In this document: positions 25,607-38,185 of the stretch, one piece after another
How the letters are laid out: every line of letters begins with the position of its first letter
Numbering within the stretch: the first letter of the stretch is position 1
Source of the DNA: Octopus bimaculoides
Lineage: Eukaryota
Reading direction: 5' to 3'
Length of the DNA: 64,000 nt
NCBI RefSeq assembly: GCF_001194135.2
Contig: NC_069005.1
Span: 6,621,182-6,685,181 of the forward strand
Made by a program: the position numbers and the translations under genes
The notes under the pieces: model-generated
What the model was told of the DNA's origin: nothing
The model's input: the letters and a program-made list of their open reading frames with translations, nothing else
The model's database searches: none

Positions 25607-27141
25607 TGTATCTTACTTTATGCATATATAGTGTTGAAAGTTTCCTAAACTGCATCTGTTGTTAAAGCCAGGAGTTTACCTCTGGTAAGGTAATTCCTTT
25701 CTAAAGGGCTTGTACATACTCTCTGCTCTCTGATTTATAAATATTTTATACTAATATTTTGATAGGTAATTGACTGATTCAGTAGAGCAGATAACAAAAT
25801 GCCCTCGTGCTTTTATAAATTAAGTTCTGAGGTTTACTTGTCATCTTTTCTAGGGTGTTTATAAAATATCAGTAAAATATGTACAACTCCCTTCCTACAA
25901 ATTTTACAGCCTTGTGTCTGTCTTTGTTACAAATAATTACCAACCTTTAGCACGCTGAAGGTGAATCATGTCATTGTGTGTGATTTTCTCCCCTGTAGCT
26001 TCAGGTGCAGTGTATTGCAGTGAGAGGGGGAGAAAACTTGTATGGTGACAGGATTTGCCTTCAGCATGCTAAAAGTTACTGAACTGGGAGAGGTCTGTCA
26101 ATTGACTAAACACCTCCCTGGCCTGTAGCAGAAATCATTATTCATATACTGTGAGATGACAATCACTTGGCTACACACCTCCTCCTATGAAGGTGTGGCC
26201 TCTTGTATGAGGTGTGGTTTTATGCCTGCAGCGGATATGAGAGGGCGTTGCTATGGCAGAGCCATTAGAATGACAGGATCACTACCTTGTAATGTTCAGA
26301 GAGGTTGCTTTATGTTCGTTTGAATCCCATCAAAATTGATTCTTCCTTTGTCCTTCTGAGTAGGGAGGGGGGAAATCAGTAAAATAAAATACCAGTCATC
26401 TAATAGGGCTGACATAATCGACTGTATTCCCCACCCCTTCCATCTTCTCTTTCCCGAAATGTGTGTATTATGTTAGAAATCAATATTTTAACGAAGCAAG
26501 GAGAAGCAATCCGACAGAATCATTAGCAACGCTGGGCAAAATGCTAAGCAGTATTTCGTCCACCTTGACGTTCTGAGTTCAAATTCTACCAAGGTCGATT
26601 TCGCTTTTCATCTTTTCAGGGTCGATAAAATAAGTACCAGTGAAACACTGGGGGGGTCAATGTAATCACCTCCCCACTTCCCCATAAAATTGCTGGCATT
26701 GTGCCAAAATTTGGAACCAAAATTTTAATGCATTAATGGTGAGATACTGGATGGAATTCTGCACAGAATTTACTCATGTTTCTAAGTCTTGGACTGAAAT
26801 CTTACCTGGATCTATGCTAGAGGAAATTTTGTGATCCTTTCAAGAAGGTTCAAAATAAGGGGAACCAGTCAATTCAATTAACCCCTTACACCTAACACAC
26901 CCCACCCCCACTTCATACCTTCTCTACAAATTTGTGACCCTTGAGATCGATCTGATCTGTGTGGGTAACTTTTGTTTTGATAAAAACATTTAAAACGAGC
27001 AAACCATCAACTTTTCTCACAGTAATTACAGAGCAAACGAACTCTCCCCCATCCACTCACCTGTTAACGACACCGGAAAATAGGGGTTGGCACCTTCTAT
27101 ACTTGATAAAATACCTTCTGTATATTTCTGTTAGATCTCAT

Positions 27142-27580
27142 TGAACCCTTCAGCATTTAAATCAGTCATATCCAGCCCAAATATTCCCTCTGTTTTGTGT
27201 TCAAATTGGCCAGATCCAGTCTCTTACACCTTTCCTACAATGTCATTCTATGAGTAAACAATCAAATCATTGAAATCTCAAAGCTACAAGATAATGTGTG
27301 ATTAATTCAAAACATTGTGAATAAATAAGAATTACATCTGACAGACTCATCTGAATGCAAAAAGGGTTAAACCAGCCATAACCAGCCCAAATATTCTACC
27401 TGTTTTACATTCAAACTGACCAGATCCAATCTCTTACACCTTTCCTGCAATGTCATTCTAAAAATAAACAATCATATCATTTAAATCTCAAATCTTACAA
27501 GGTAATACACGATTAATTCCTAACAATATGAATAAACAGGCATTACATTTGACAGTGTAATCTGAATGCCAAAGGGTCAA
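27142..27580. mobile_element. Head-to-tail dimer of the TTAA MITE
   Basis: cccttcagcattt...aatgcaaaagggttaa, then a second copy lacking its left end and finishing aatgccaaagggtcaa. Confidence 0.75.
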
Positions 27581-27589
27581 ACCCCTTCT

Positions 27590-27820
27590 AATGCCATGAC
27601 AATTGTTATAAACACTGAAACTTATTGAAGCCCATGGCAACTTTGTTTTAACCCCTAAACTTTTTTAGGGTCATAGCAGTTGTTTTTTACTCCCTAACCC
27701 TGTAATATCCGTGACAAATTATTTAACCTTTTTAGCCACATGTCAGTTGCTTTAACGCTCAACCATTTCTAGGGCCATGACAAATTGTTTTAGCACCTAA
27801 CTCTTTAGGGTCCATGACAT
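27590..27820. repeat. Degenerate ~36-40-bp minisatellite
   Basis: About 7 units related to aaccc..tagggccatgacaaattgtttt. Confidence 0.5.
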
Positions 27821-29810
27821 TTCAAACTCAATATAAATATGAGAGACCTTTCACTTAATTCTTTAGCATTTAAACCAGCAATATCTGGTCTAAATATGTT
27901 TTATGTCCAAACTGGCCAGATCCAACCTCTTACACCTTTCCTACATTGTCATTCTACAAATAAACAATCACATCATCAAAACCTCAAAGCAACACTTGTT
28001 TTATCGACCCCATGAGGATGAAAGACAGAGTCAACCATTGCAGGATTTGAACTCAAATGTAAAGATAGAAAAAAAAAAATGCTGCTAAGCATTTTGTCTT
28101 GCGTGCTAATGATTCTGCCAGGTCACCACCTGAATAATAATAATAATAATAAAAATAATAATAATAATAATATTGAGCGGGATGGGCTACTCGACCTGAA
28201 GAAAATTCTAACTGGGCCCCACTTGCAAGGTCATGCACTGTTTATCTTGATAATGAGATCACCATGTTGCACACATATGGTTGTGATGCATGTGCCTGGT
28301 GTACCCTTATCAGACAGGTAGTCATGATGGGTATACTGGGCTTTGTATATTTGTACCCCAGTGTCACTTTGATGGCATGCACTGCTCTCTCACTCAATAA
28401 TAATAATAATAATGATGATGATCATGATTTCAAATTTTGATACAAGGCCAGCAATTTTGTGGGGAGGAGTTAGTTGATTGCATCAACCCCAGCATGTAAC
28501 TGGTACTAATTTTATTGACCCTGAAAAGATGAAAGGCAAAGTTGACCTCTATAGCATTTGAACCCAGAACATAAAGACATGAATTGTTGATAAGCATTTT
28601 GCCTGGCATGCTAACAATTCTGCCAGCTCACTACCTTAATAATATAATAATAATGGTTTCAAATTTTGCCACAGGGGCAACCACTTTGGGGGAGGGGGAC
28701 TAGTCAATTACATCGACCCCAGTGTTCAACTGGTACTTATTTTATCGACCCCGAAAGGATGAAAGGCAAAGTTGACCTAGGCGGAATTTGAACTCAGAAT
28801 GTAGCAATGGGGTAAATACCACTAAGCATTTCATCCAGCGCACTAACAATTCTACCTGCTCATCGCCTTAATAATAATAATAATGCCACTGCCATACCCC
28901 ATTCTCTGAAAAAAACAGAAAAACAAAACCGCTTTTAACCCCTTTTGTACAAAGTTAACCCCCGACCCACCAACAACAAAAATCATCTGATAAATATTGT
29001 TCCTTGCATTGTTATCCTNNNNNNNNNNNNNNNNNNNNNNNNNNNNNNNNNNNNNNNNNNNNNNNNNNNNNNNNNNNNNNATTTAATAAATTATTTTCTA
29101 TATTCCGTGTTAACTTAGTTTTTCTTTTTTGTTAAATCTCCTTTAAATTACGTTTTTCATCTGAAAATATTTCCAAAATTTTTTTTTTTTTTTGTTGAAA
29201 AGGCTTCTCTCATTGTTTTTGAGTGTGTAGAGCAAAACTAAAAATTGGAAGGAGAAGTGAAAAAAAAAAATCAAAAATGAGGATGATCGGGCTTCTTTCA
29301 GTTTCCGTCTACCAAATCCACTCACAAGGCTTTGGGGGCCCGAGGCTATAGTAGAAGACACTTGCCCAAGGTGCCACGCAGTGGGACTGAACCCAGAACC
29401 GTGTGGTTCATAAGCAAGCTACTTACCACACAGCCACTCCTACGCCTATGTGAAACGTTAGAGAAAGAAACCCAGTTATTTCTTCCAATACGTACATCTA
29501 AAGCAAAATTTTCTCAAGGACCCCTTAAAATACTATTGTGAATCTCCAATTTACTATTTCGTTGTACGGACCCAAATATCCTTAGATAAACCCTTTGGCG
29601 CCACATGGATCCCCGTTGACTAAACCATTCAAGATGGTGACCCAACGAGTAAAAGGCAGGGAAGATAAACAGAATAACGCCAACAATTTTGATAAAGATA
29701 TTTATATTTAATAAAAATTATAATTGCTAACAATTTTCTGAAAAGGAGAAAAAAAAAAAAAAGCACACACTTCTTTTGATGTCTGGTCTTCTAGAAAATT
29801 CCACTGCCGA

Positions 29811-30215
29811 CTATTCTTCGAGTCCATAGTCTCTTGCAACGTCTTTGGTAAACTTCTTGCCTTCATCGATATACGATTTGCTTACCGGAACGTAATACCA
29901 ACCCATGTAATCCTGTTTGCTTGCCATCACCTCACGGACTTCCCTCTCCAGAAGCCTGGAACGAAGAAAGAAAGGAAAAAAAAATCATCAACATCAGACG
30001 TGGCTGTGTGGTAAGAAGCTTGCTTCCCAACCACATGGTTCCAGGTTCAATCTCACTGCATGGCACCTTGGGCAAGTGTCTTCTATTATAGCCTTGCGCT
30101 GACCAAAGTCTTGTGAGTGGATTTGGTAGGTGGGAACTGAAAAAAGACTGTCATATGTATATATATACACACACATATATGTATATATATATATATGTGT
30201 GTGTGTGTGTATTAA

Positions 30216-30278
<63 letters not shown>

Positions 30279-33132
30279 GTATAAATATATTTGTGTGTCT
30301 GTGTTTGTTCCCCAGCCATCACTTGACAACCGATGTTACTGTGTTTACATCGCTATAACTTAGTGGTTTGACAAAAGAGACCGATGGAATATGCACCAGG
30401 CTTACAAAGGAAGTGTCCCAGGGTTGATTTCTTTGACTAAAACCTTTTAGGATGAAAGGCAAAGTCAACCTTGGCAGAATTTGAACTCAGATCAGAGGAG
30501 CGACGGGTGAAGTACCGCTAAGCATTTCGTCCAATGTGCTAACAATTCTACCAGCTTGTTGCCTTAACAACAACCACCACCACCACCATCTGCTACTACT
30601 ACTACTTACTTTTGTTTGCGTCGCTCATTCTTTTCTTGTAGATGATGCAATCTCTTTTCATATGTCATCTGCATAGGATCATAAAGATGTCTGCACAAGA
30701 ACTGCGAAATGGGAGACTGAAAAAAAACAAACACACAAAAAAAAAACACTTTAAAAAAAATTCGACAAACAAACAAACAAATAAAACTAAATTTTTTTAT
30801 TCATTCGTTTGACGGCAAATCATGGCTGGGGGGTGTGGGGGAACTTTAGTAATTTTTGCTTTGTAGTAAAAATTTATCAACACAGGAATAGGAGGCAGAG
30901 AAGATGAATTCATGGATGAATGGACCCCGAAAGGATGATCAGCAAAGCTGATCCCAGTGGGATTTGAACTGGGAATGCAAAGATCTGGAACAAAACACTT
31001 GTTAAGGCATTGTTTGATATGGGAGTTTACAACTTCTGTGTCAGCATGGAAAAAAAAAAACTGGATATAAAATGACAAGGAGAGCTGCAAAGTCTCTTGT
31101 CACGAGTTAACTAGATCGTGGCTGACTTTGGAATCAACAAAGGAGCTCACTTAATCTGCTAGAATCAATAGCCAAACTACCTCAAGCTGCATTGTATTTC
31201 CTTACGAAAAAAAAAGAAATAGACGTCAAGTCAAGGCTGGATTAGTTTTGACCACTAGTCTACCTGGTCACGTCTGACCAGGAGCTAAATGTAAACAGCT
31301 TATATAACCTTATATGTAGTAAGTGTGAAACAAAATAAAATGTTAGTCAAGGCTAATCCATCTTTGACTAAGTGCTGGATAAAATCTGACCCAGGGTTAA
31401 ACACCCTAACATCAACGCACACATGACATTGATACAAACCTTGGAATATTCCCAGTCTTCCGGTTCATAACCCTCAGGAATATCAGCAAGTTCGGCATTG
31501 CCTGGAAGACAAAACAGGAAATAGAATCACCCCTGGGATATCATAATCATCATTACGACAACAACGATGATCACCACCACCGATTAAATATGTTATTCAG
31601 TGAAAATATGGAGGATCACAAGAGATTGGAAAAATGCCCTTACCAATAAAGAGGTTCACATAAAGGGTGAGGAGTCCAAGAGGTATGACACCGAGCATGA
31701 CATAGAAATGCTGTGGAATAAACCAAAAAAAGGTACAATATAAAATCACCACCGACAGCATCATCACCATCAACATCAATTGTAGCATCATTATCATAAT
31801 CAGCATGGTCAACAGCAGCATCATCATCACTATCAACATTATCAATAGCGTCGTAGTCAGCACACTCTTTCAAATACATATTCACTCAAGCACATGTACT
31901 CACATATTCTCTCAAATCCTTTCCAACATAGAAATCAACATAGCATTGTAAAAAATGTAGTGTAAACATACAAACATCACTAAATTCCCAAATACTGCCG
32001 CATTTTACATGAAATCATAAGTCTTCCAATATCGTCTTGCTGTTATTAGTCAGCCTACCTATTTTTTGACCATAAATTTTGGTCTTAAAAATTTGACTTG
32101 TATGCTGGAAAATATGGTACACATTGGCACGTAAAAGCACCCACTACACTCTCGGAGTGGTTGGCGTTAGGAAGGGCATCCAGCTGTAGAAACTCTGCCA
32201 AATCAGATTGGGGCCTAGTGCAGCCATCTGGTTCACCAGTCCTCAGTCAAATCGTCCAACCCATGCCAGCATGGAAAGCGGATGTTAAACGATGATGATG
32301 ATGATGACACATTCTCTCAAGCACATGTACTCACATCTTCTCTCAAACCCTTACATACCATATTTTCCAGCATACAAGTCAACATAGTATATAGTGTAAA
32401 CATACGGTGTAAATGCTCAAACATCATCACTACCTTTCCAAATCCTGTTGCATTTCACACGAAATTTTTCAGTCTTCTAAAATCTTCTTGATTTATTAGT
32501 GTTGTATGGGAGATCAGCTAAGTGAACTGTACTAGTTAGTATAAATGAGCATGTGCAGAACAGTCTGAGGAGAGTGTCATGTGCGCAGTCATGGTGTACA
32601 AGTCGTAGGAATCATTGAACAGCGATATCATGGAGTGTTTGTTGAAGATACACAGTTCAGAGAGTAATAAGAGAACATCAGGAAATGTTCGATATTTTAA
32701 CAGTTCAGATATAACAGTTATGACAAGAAGTCATATGTCACATCAATTAGTTAGTCTGCCTTTTTTGGGCTGTAAATTTTGGTCTGAAAAATTTGATATA
32801 TATGCTGGAAAATATGGTAAACATTATTTCCCATTACACATTCTCTCAATCATATGTACTCACATATTTCCCCAACATACAAGTCAACGTAGTAGATATA
32901 GTGTAATCATTCAAACATCATCACATTTTGACTGCGGCCATGCTGGAGCACTGCCTTGAAGGGTTTTAGTTGAACAGATATCAACCCCTGGACTTTTTTG
33001 CTTAAGCCTAATACTTATTCTATTGGCCTCTTTTGCCGAACTGCTAGGTTACAGAGACATAACTACACCAACACCATTTATCAAGCAGTGATGGAGGGAC
33101 AAACACAGCCACAAACACAGATACATACATGC

Positions 33133-33163
<31 letters not shown>

Positions 33164-34762
33164 TACGACGGGATTCTTTCAGTTTCCGTCTACCAAATCC
33201 ACTCACAAGGCTTTGGTCAGTCTGACGCTATTGTAGAAGACACTTGCCCAAAGTGCCACGCAGTGGGACTGGAAACAGAACTATGTGATTGGGAAGCAAA
33301 CTTGTTACCACACAGCAATACCTGTGCCCATCAATAGAAATGACTAGAACCCTTCAAGACAAAGTGACCACAGTCTAATGACTAAAATGACCAAAAGCAT
33401 AAAAGAGTGTATATTCACCAACATAAAGGACTAAAAGAACAACAAAAATGTTTACTTACGAAATCATTCCTGAATCGATGCCACTCAAATCTTGATGGTT
33501 GTAAGGGGATAACATGTTTATGAGCTCCCATATGTCGGACAACTAGTAAAACAATGAAAATTAATTAACTAATTAAATAAATTGCAGCTACTGAAAAGTT
33601 AATGTGACTAAAATCCAGACTGGACATTCATGCCTCATCACTTGATCGATTCATCTTGTGCGGAAGAGTTACACTGGTCAGGGCAAGTCACTCAACCGCA
33701 TGATGATAATGTAGTATTAAATACTTGATTAAGAAATATCTATGCCCTGATGAGGCTTAATAAGGCTGAAACACATTCTGTGTCATCGCTCATACTTGCC
33801 AAATTGTTTAATATAAAATGTTTTGGTTTAATTAGTTGATGATGTGAAGATGTCAATTAGAAACACCTGCGTCTCTCGCCATCCTTAAGCTTACCTTGTG
33901 ATGTAAATGATAAAGTGAGAAGTGTCTTTAGTAATGTTTAACAACATAAAATAAATAGTAATATACATAAATTTACAGCTGTTATAATATATGTCCATCG
34001 AACTCAATGTTCTGGAATTTTTTTGTTTCGCTTCTCAATACATTTTCGAAGTTCAAATCAACCAGGATTGATTTAACCTTTCGACCTACCGCTAAGGATA
34101 AAATAAGTACCCATCACCCACTGAGATTGATTTGACTATACTGCCTTTCATATTTAAGACAATATAGTTTGAGGGTGATTTAGTTGCTCTTTTTAGCAGG
34201 TCGAGTCACCGCCAAAAGGCTCCCTAGTTGGCTGGTATTTGTGTTGAAGGTAGTTTTATTGTTATGTGATTTGGTATGTCTCGTGTTGATTGCTGTTTAA
34301 TATCAGCTCAGTCTGGATCCAACGTGCTCTTTTCTTTTCTTTTAAGACGGTTAAGTGTGATATGAGAGAGACTTCGCGAAGGGGATGCAAACACATATTC
34401 CCAACATAGAAAATAAAAACAAAAACAAATCTCGTTTTAAAATATAAAATCTACCAAGGCCCTAGACCTGTTCTCAACATTTATATATTTAGTTTAAAAA
34501 TAACGACAATTTATTCTGAAAGAATTGGTTATTTTTCTTAAAAGACTTTTCTGTTTACACCTTCAAGGTCAATAAGTATATCGTGACTTTAACAGATCGG
34601 AACAAAACATGAGAAAAATACATCGTTAATCGTTTCATTACATAGACAACTGTAAATACCTGGAGCTTTTAGTAATGTTTGTACAGTAGAAACTGGTTTG
34701 TTTAGCCGAAGAACAAGGCATCCTTGCCGAGAGGAGAGTCGTAACAGACTAAAGGCCACCAT
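29811..34762 (-). CDS. NDUFB5: NADH dehydrogenase (ubiquinone) 1 beta subcomplex subunit 5 (SGDH), mitochondrial precursor, 188 aa
   Basis: complement(join(34660..34762,33460..33542,31644..31710,31440..31501,30610..30716,29811..29955)) = 567 nt, GT-AG introns. [34 protein letters not shown] (presequence-like) [24 protein letters not shown]...[23 protein letters not shown] (TM) [27 protein letters not shown]...[24 protein letters not shown]...*. Confidence 0.92.
29997..30448 (+). mobile_element. SINE family A, joined to an inverted family C fragment (30449-30565)
   Basis: Homologous head, body and internal microsatellite; lies in the last NDUFB5 intron. Confidence 0.8.
31880..32925. repeat. 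Degenerate ~250-bp tandem triplication in NDUFB5 intron 2, with nested insertions
   Basis: Block (ctctcaagcacatgtactcaca...tatgctggaaaatatggta) recurs near 31880, 32310 and 32835. Confidence 0.7.
32500..32745. mobile_element. Putative solo LTR (246 bp)
   Basis: Starts TGTTGTA and ends CACATCA; ATTAG direct repeats at 32495-32499 and 32746-32750; internal TATAAAT; absent from the sister unit of the surrounding tandem repeat. Confidence 0.7.
32920..33330 (-). mobile_element. SINE family A
   Basis: Homologous to 13292-13706. Confidence 0.8.
33741..33795 (+). ncRNA. Hammerhead ribozyme-like motif
   Basis: CTGATGA (33747-53), stem II GGCTT/AGGCT with wobbles, GAA-ACACA ttc TGTGT-C (GUC site 33782-84); stem I does not pair well. 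Confidence 0.45.
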
Positions 34763-35381
34763 GTTGTCGACAGTGTGCGGCCGCTTAAGATTTATACAAT
34801 TACTTATACCGAGGNNNNNNNNNNNNNNNNNNNNNNNNNNNNNNNNNNNNNNNNNNNNNNNNNNNNNNNNNNNNNNNNNNNNNNNNNNNNNNNNNNNNNN
34901 NNNNNNNNNNNNNNNNNNNNNNNNNNNNNNNNNNNNNNNNNNNNNNNNNNNNNNNNNNNNNNNNNNNNNNNNNNNNNNNNNNNNNNNNNNNNNNNNNNNN
35001 NNNNNNNNNNNNNNNNNNNNNNNNNNNNNNNNNNNNNNNNNNNNNNNNNNNNNNNNNNNNNNNNNNNNNNNNNNNNNNNNNNNNNNNNNNNNNNNNNNNN
35101 NNNNNNNNNNNNNNNNNNNNNNNNNNNNNNNNNNTGATAAAATTTCTATCAATTAGATTTATTAAAATCAATTGATGCTGTGTCCCACCATTTTCTTGCT
35201 TTATCTAACATAAGAAGCATCAGTCGTGTCACATGAATAGAACAGAGGACAGTTCTAATTAAAATAATCAATGAATATGAAATACAATAAGCATTTAAAC
35301 AGTTTCTGATAGAAATTATTACAAACAAGCATCAAATTTTTATTTTATAAATAACTTATTTTTGTCGTATGATATCTGTGA

Positions 35382-35452
35382 GCATCGGTGGTTCAGTGGT
35401 AGAATGCTCGCCTGCCACGCGGGCGGCCCGGGTTCGATTCCCGGCCGATGCA
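35382..35452 (+). tRNA. tRNA-Gly (anticodon GCC at 35414-35416)
   Basis: 71-nt GCATCGG...CCGATGC-A with a perfect acceptor stem, A box TGGTTCAGTGG, anticodon arm and B box GGTTCGATTCC; no intron. Confidence 0.97.
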
Positions 35453-35459
35453 ACTTTCG

Positions 35460-35463
35460 TTTT
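35460..35463 (+). terminator. Pol III terminator T-tract of tRNA-Gly
   Basis: TTTT 8 nt downstream of the tRNA 3' end. Confidence 0.6.
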
Positions 35464-36614
35464 GAATCAGTAATTAATATTTCTTTTACATTTTACTACC
35501 CTCGCTAAAAAAACAAATTCCTTTATAGCAACAGAGTACGATGGTCATTCTTTTCATTAATTATTATCGATTTGATTTTCAATATTCGGACAATTCCATA
35601 TTTATTGAGAAACACGAAGTACTGCGGTAATTAAGTCTTTCTCAAATGCATAAGAGATGTAGTCTAACAGTAGGGAGGGGAAACTTAAGTCATGGACTCA
35701 TGCAAGCAGAGAGCCTCTATGCGGTCACTCGACCTGCTAAAAATAGCAGCCATGTCACTTCCAACTCACACCCTACCTTAAAAATTTTTTAAAAAAAAGA
35801 AAAAGATAAGGCATACCTAATAAGTGAGGTTCCTACACTGACTTTGTTTCCTCATAACTTTTAGAAAAATGGGTATTTTTTTGAAGGAAATTTTCTACAA
35901 ACACCTCTCAGATTTTGTACCTTACAATTATATTGGAATTTTAACGTGAAAAAAAAATTAAAATAAAGTAAATTGATGGGTTCGTACAGATCATATATGG
36001 CTGTGTGGTAAGAAGCTAGCTTCTCTGCCAAATGGTTCCATGTTCTGTCCCACTGTCGTCGGACTGAACCCCGAATTACGTGGTTAGGAAACAAACTTCT
36101 TACCACATAGCCATACCAATGTAAAAAAAAAAAAAAAAAAATGAAATGAAATGAAAATTGGTGCGTGTGCTTAGGCCTACATACTGATACACATCACATG
36201 TATCTCTACAAAATGAAACTTGAAATTTTTGCAATGTTAACAAAAAAATAGGTGGCTGCAGACACAAACATACTTAGGAATCTAGGTGGAGGTAAAGAAT
36301 ACGTACACCACCCGTTTTCGGCGTAACAAAAACCCTAATTATAAACCTAATTCTAAACACCGGCTGCACGTATTCTTTATTTTCGTCGGAATCTACACCA
36401 TGTGTAAGATATTTGTAGAAAATTTCATTAAAAAAGTCCCCCCTTTTTCTAAAAGTTGTGAAGTAACAAAATCGGCTGCGAAATACAGTGAACGTCTGCT
36501 CAATTTTCAATAAATTTGGATTTGGGAATTGTCTCCCTTGCACTTTCTAGTTTCGAATCGAACATTTCATGCTTCACCCCTCTTCATTCCTTTGAAATTT
36601 CAAAGATGAATTTT

Positions 36615-36664
<50 letters not shown>

Positions 36665-37800
36665 CAGGGTGGGGAAGCAAAGCTTGGAGAGTAATAAATA
36701 ATTCACCAAATTGTTTATTTTACAACAACCAGCAAACTGACATAAATATAATTTTAACACAAGTTTGTAGGGGAATAAAGAGACAATTTATTCAATATGT
36801 CCGCCTTCGTTGTCCACTACAGCCTTTACACGCCGCCTGAAGGCATCACACCTCTTCATGATGAAGTACTCAGACATGCTTCATGGTGAAGTACTCTTGC
36901 CCCAGGACTTGCTTAAGTCGATCAACACTTGGATGCGAAGTTTTGTTGGTAGAGTGCTCCAATTTGCACCATACGGCATAGTCCATGGAGTTCGAGTCAG
37001 GGTTGGAAGAAGGCCAGACGTTGGCAGGCTAAAAGTCACCGAAGTTGTCTTCACAGAATTTCTGCACTTGCTTCGCCGTATGAGCAGGAACACCATCTTG
37101 GGTCCACACACATTTACCGTTGTAGTAGTTAGACTTCAGCCAAGACAAAATCTTATACTTCAGGACCTTATAATAAACTTCAGCCCCGACCTTTTCCCCA
37201 GATTTGAAAAAACGGAGAGGCATCTTTTTTTCCGTCAGACGTCACGACTCCAAGTACCATGACTTGAGCTGGGTGCTTGGTCCTAAAGACGCCCTTTCCT
37301 CCAGAAGGTGACTTAGCAATATATCGATCATTGTGACGGTTTAGAATAGCATCGACGGTAAAGATTTTGTCATCGGAAAAGATTTTAACGGTTTGTTCAT
37401 TGTGCTTCAGGTATCGCAACACTTTTTTGGCCCTTTTATTGCATGGGTCAATATGTGTCTCGGGGTCCTCACGTATGACCCCAACTGTAAATCAGTGTGT
37501 ACAGCATTTCTGATGGCCTTTGGACCAACTTCATGCCCATGGACAGTTTTCTCATGGATGCTGTTCAGTCTTTCGAAATTTTGGCTTTGAGACATTTAAG
37601 AAATGCATTATTCCGTTTTTTTTTAATTTATGCCTCCACTTCCTAGCTTTCCCATATTCAGCATTCGGTTCTAAACGTTGTAGACAGTGTCCCGACAGTC
37701 TCAGCAATACGTCTAATTGCAACCCGCCACGAAAGCAAATCTGCAATGCGTTGTCTCTTGGCTTCTTGAACGGACATGCTAGATTATATGACTGGAAATG
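36665..37800 (-). mobile_element. Degraded Tc1/mariner-superfamily transposon, DD37D (maT-type) transposase pseudogene
   Basis: TA|CAGGGT end next to a (TA)n run. Minus-strand remnants IFSDDKIFTVD, QVMVLGVVTSDG, WTQDGVPAHTAK...WPSSNPDSNSMDYAVW (37 residues between the Ds, with one TAG stop) and RRRVKAVVDNEGGHIE*. Frameshifted; no clear second TIR. Confidence 0.85.
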
Positions 37801-37829
37801 CTGCTTAAATTAAAGTCTATATATTTAGT

Positions 37830-38185
37830 CTGTCTTCAGAAAACCGGGAACTCCAGAAATCCGGACCACTTCCGGTTCTAAGCTTGCCGGATGTTCGGTC
37901 TGGTTCTGTGTTTCTCATTTCAGTAGGCGAAGCAGCAACTTCGGGTTTACTCTCGTCTCGAAAGTCAAACAAACAAACAAACAAGCATTTGAAGTCAAGT
38001 CCTTGCACATTTTAGCTGTTCCCTGTACCATATTCCTGTTTTACAGTTCTTCTATTTGTCCGCTTGGGGTTTGTTTGTTTTTTTAGATATTCAAACTGGT
38101 TTTCGTGTTTGCAAAGTTCTTTGGACGCCCGTTTCACGTTCGGACGGTTGTTGCTTGTTGTCGGCGGTCTCTGGTCACAAGGAAG
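37830..38185 (+). promoter_or_regulatory. CpG-enriched putative GLOD4 promoter/5' UTR with ETS-like motifs
   Basis: Local CpG richness against an AT-rich background; ACTTCCGG at 37868-37875 and CCGGATGT at 37887-37894, about 300 bp upstream of the ATG. Confidence 0.4.

Noticed and set aside
33895-33925. Possible 31-nt NDUFB5 micro-exon with a strong GTAAG donor
   Set aside because: Its length is not a multiple of 3 and would shift the frame; exon 1 splices in frame directly to 33542 and gives the expected protein length.
38105-38185. Longer GLOD4 ORF starting at GTG in the ORF track
   Set aside because: It is a non-ATG start; the in-frame ATG at 38186 has good context (gaagATGt).
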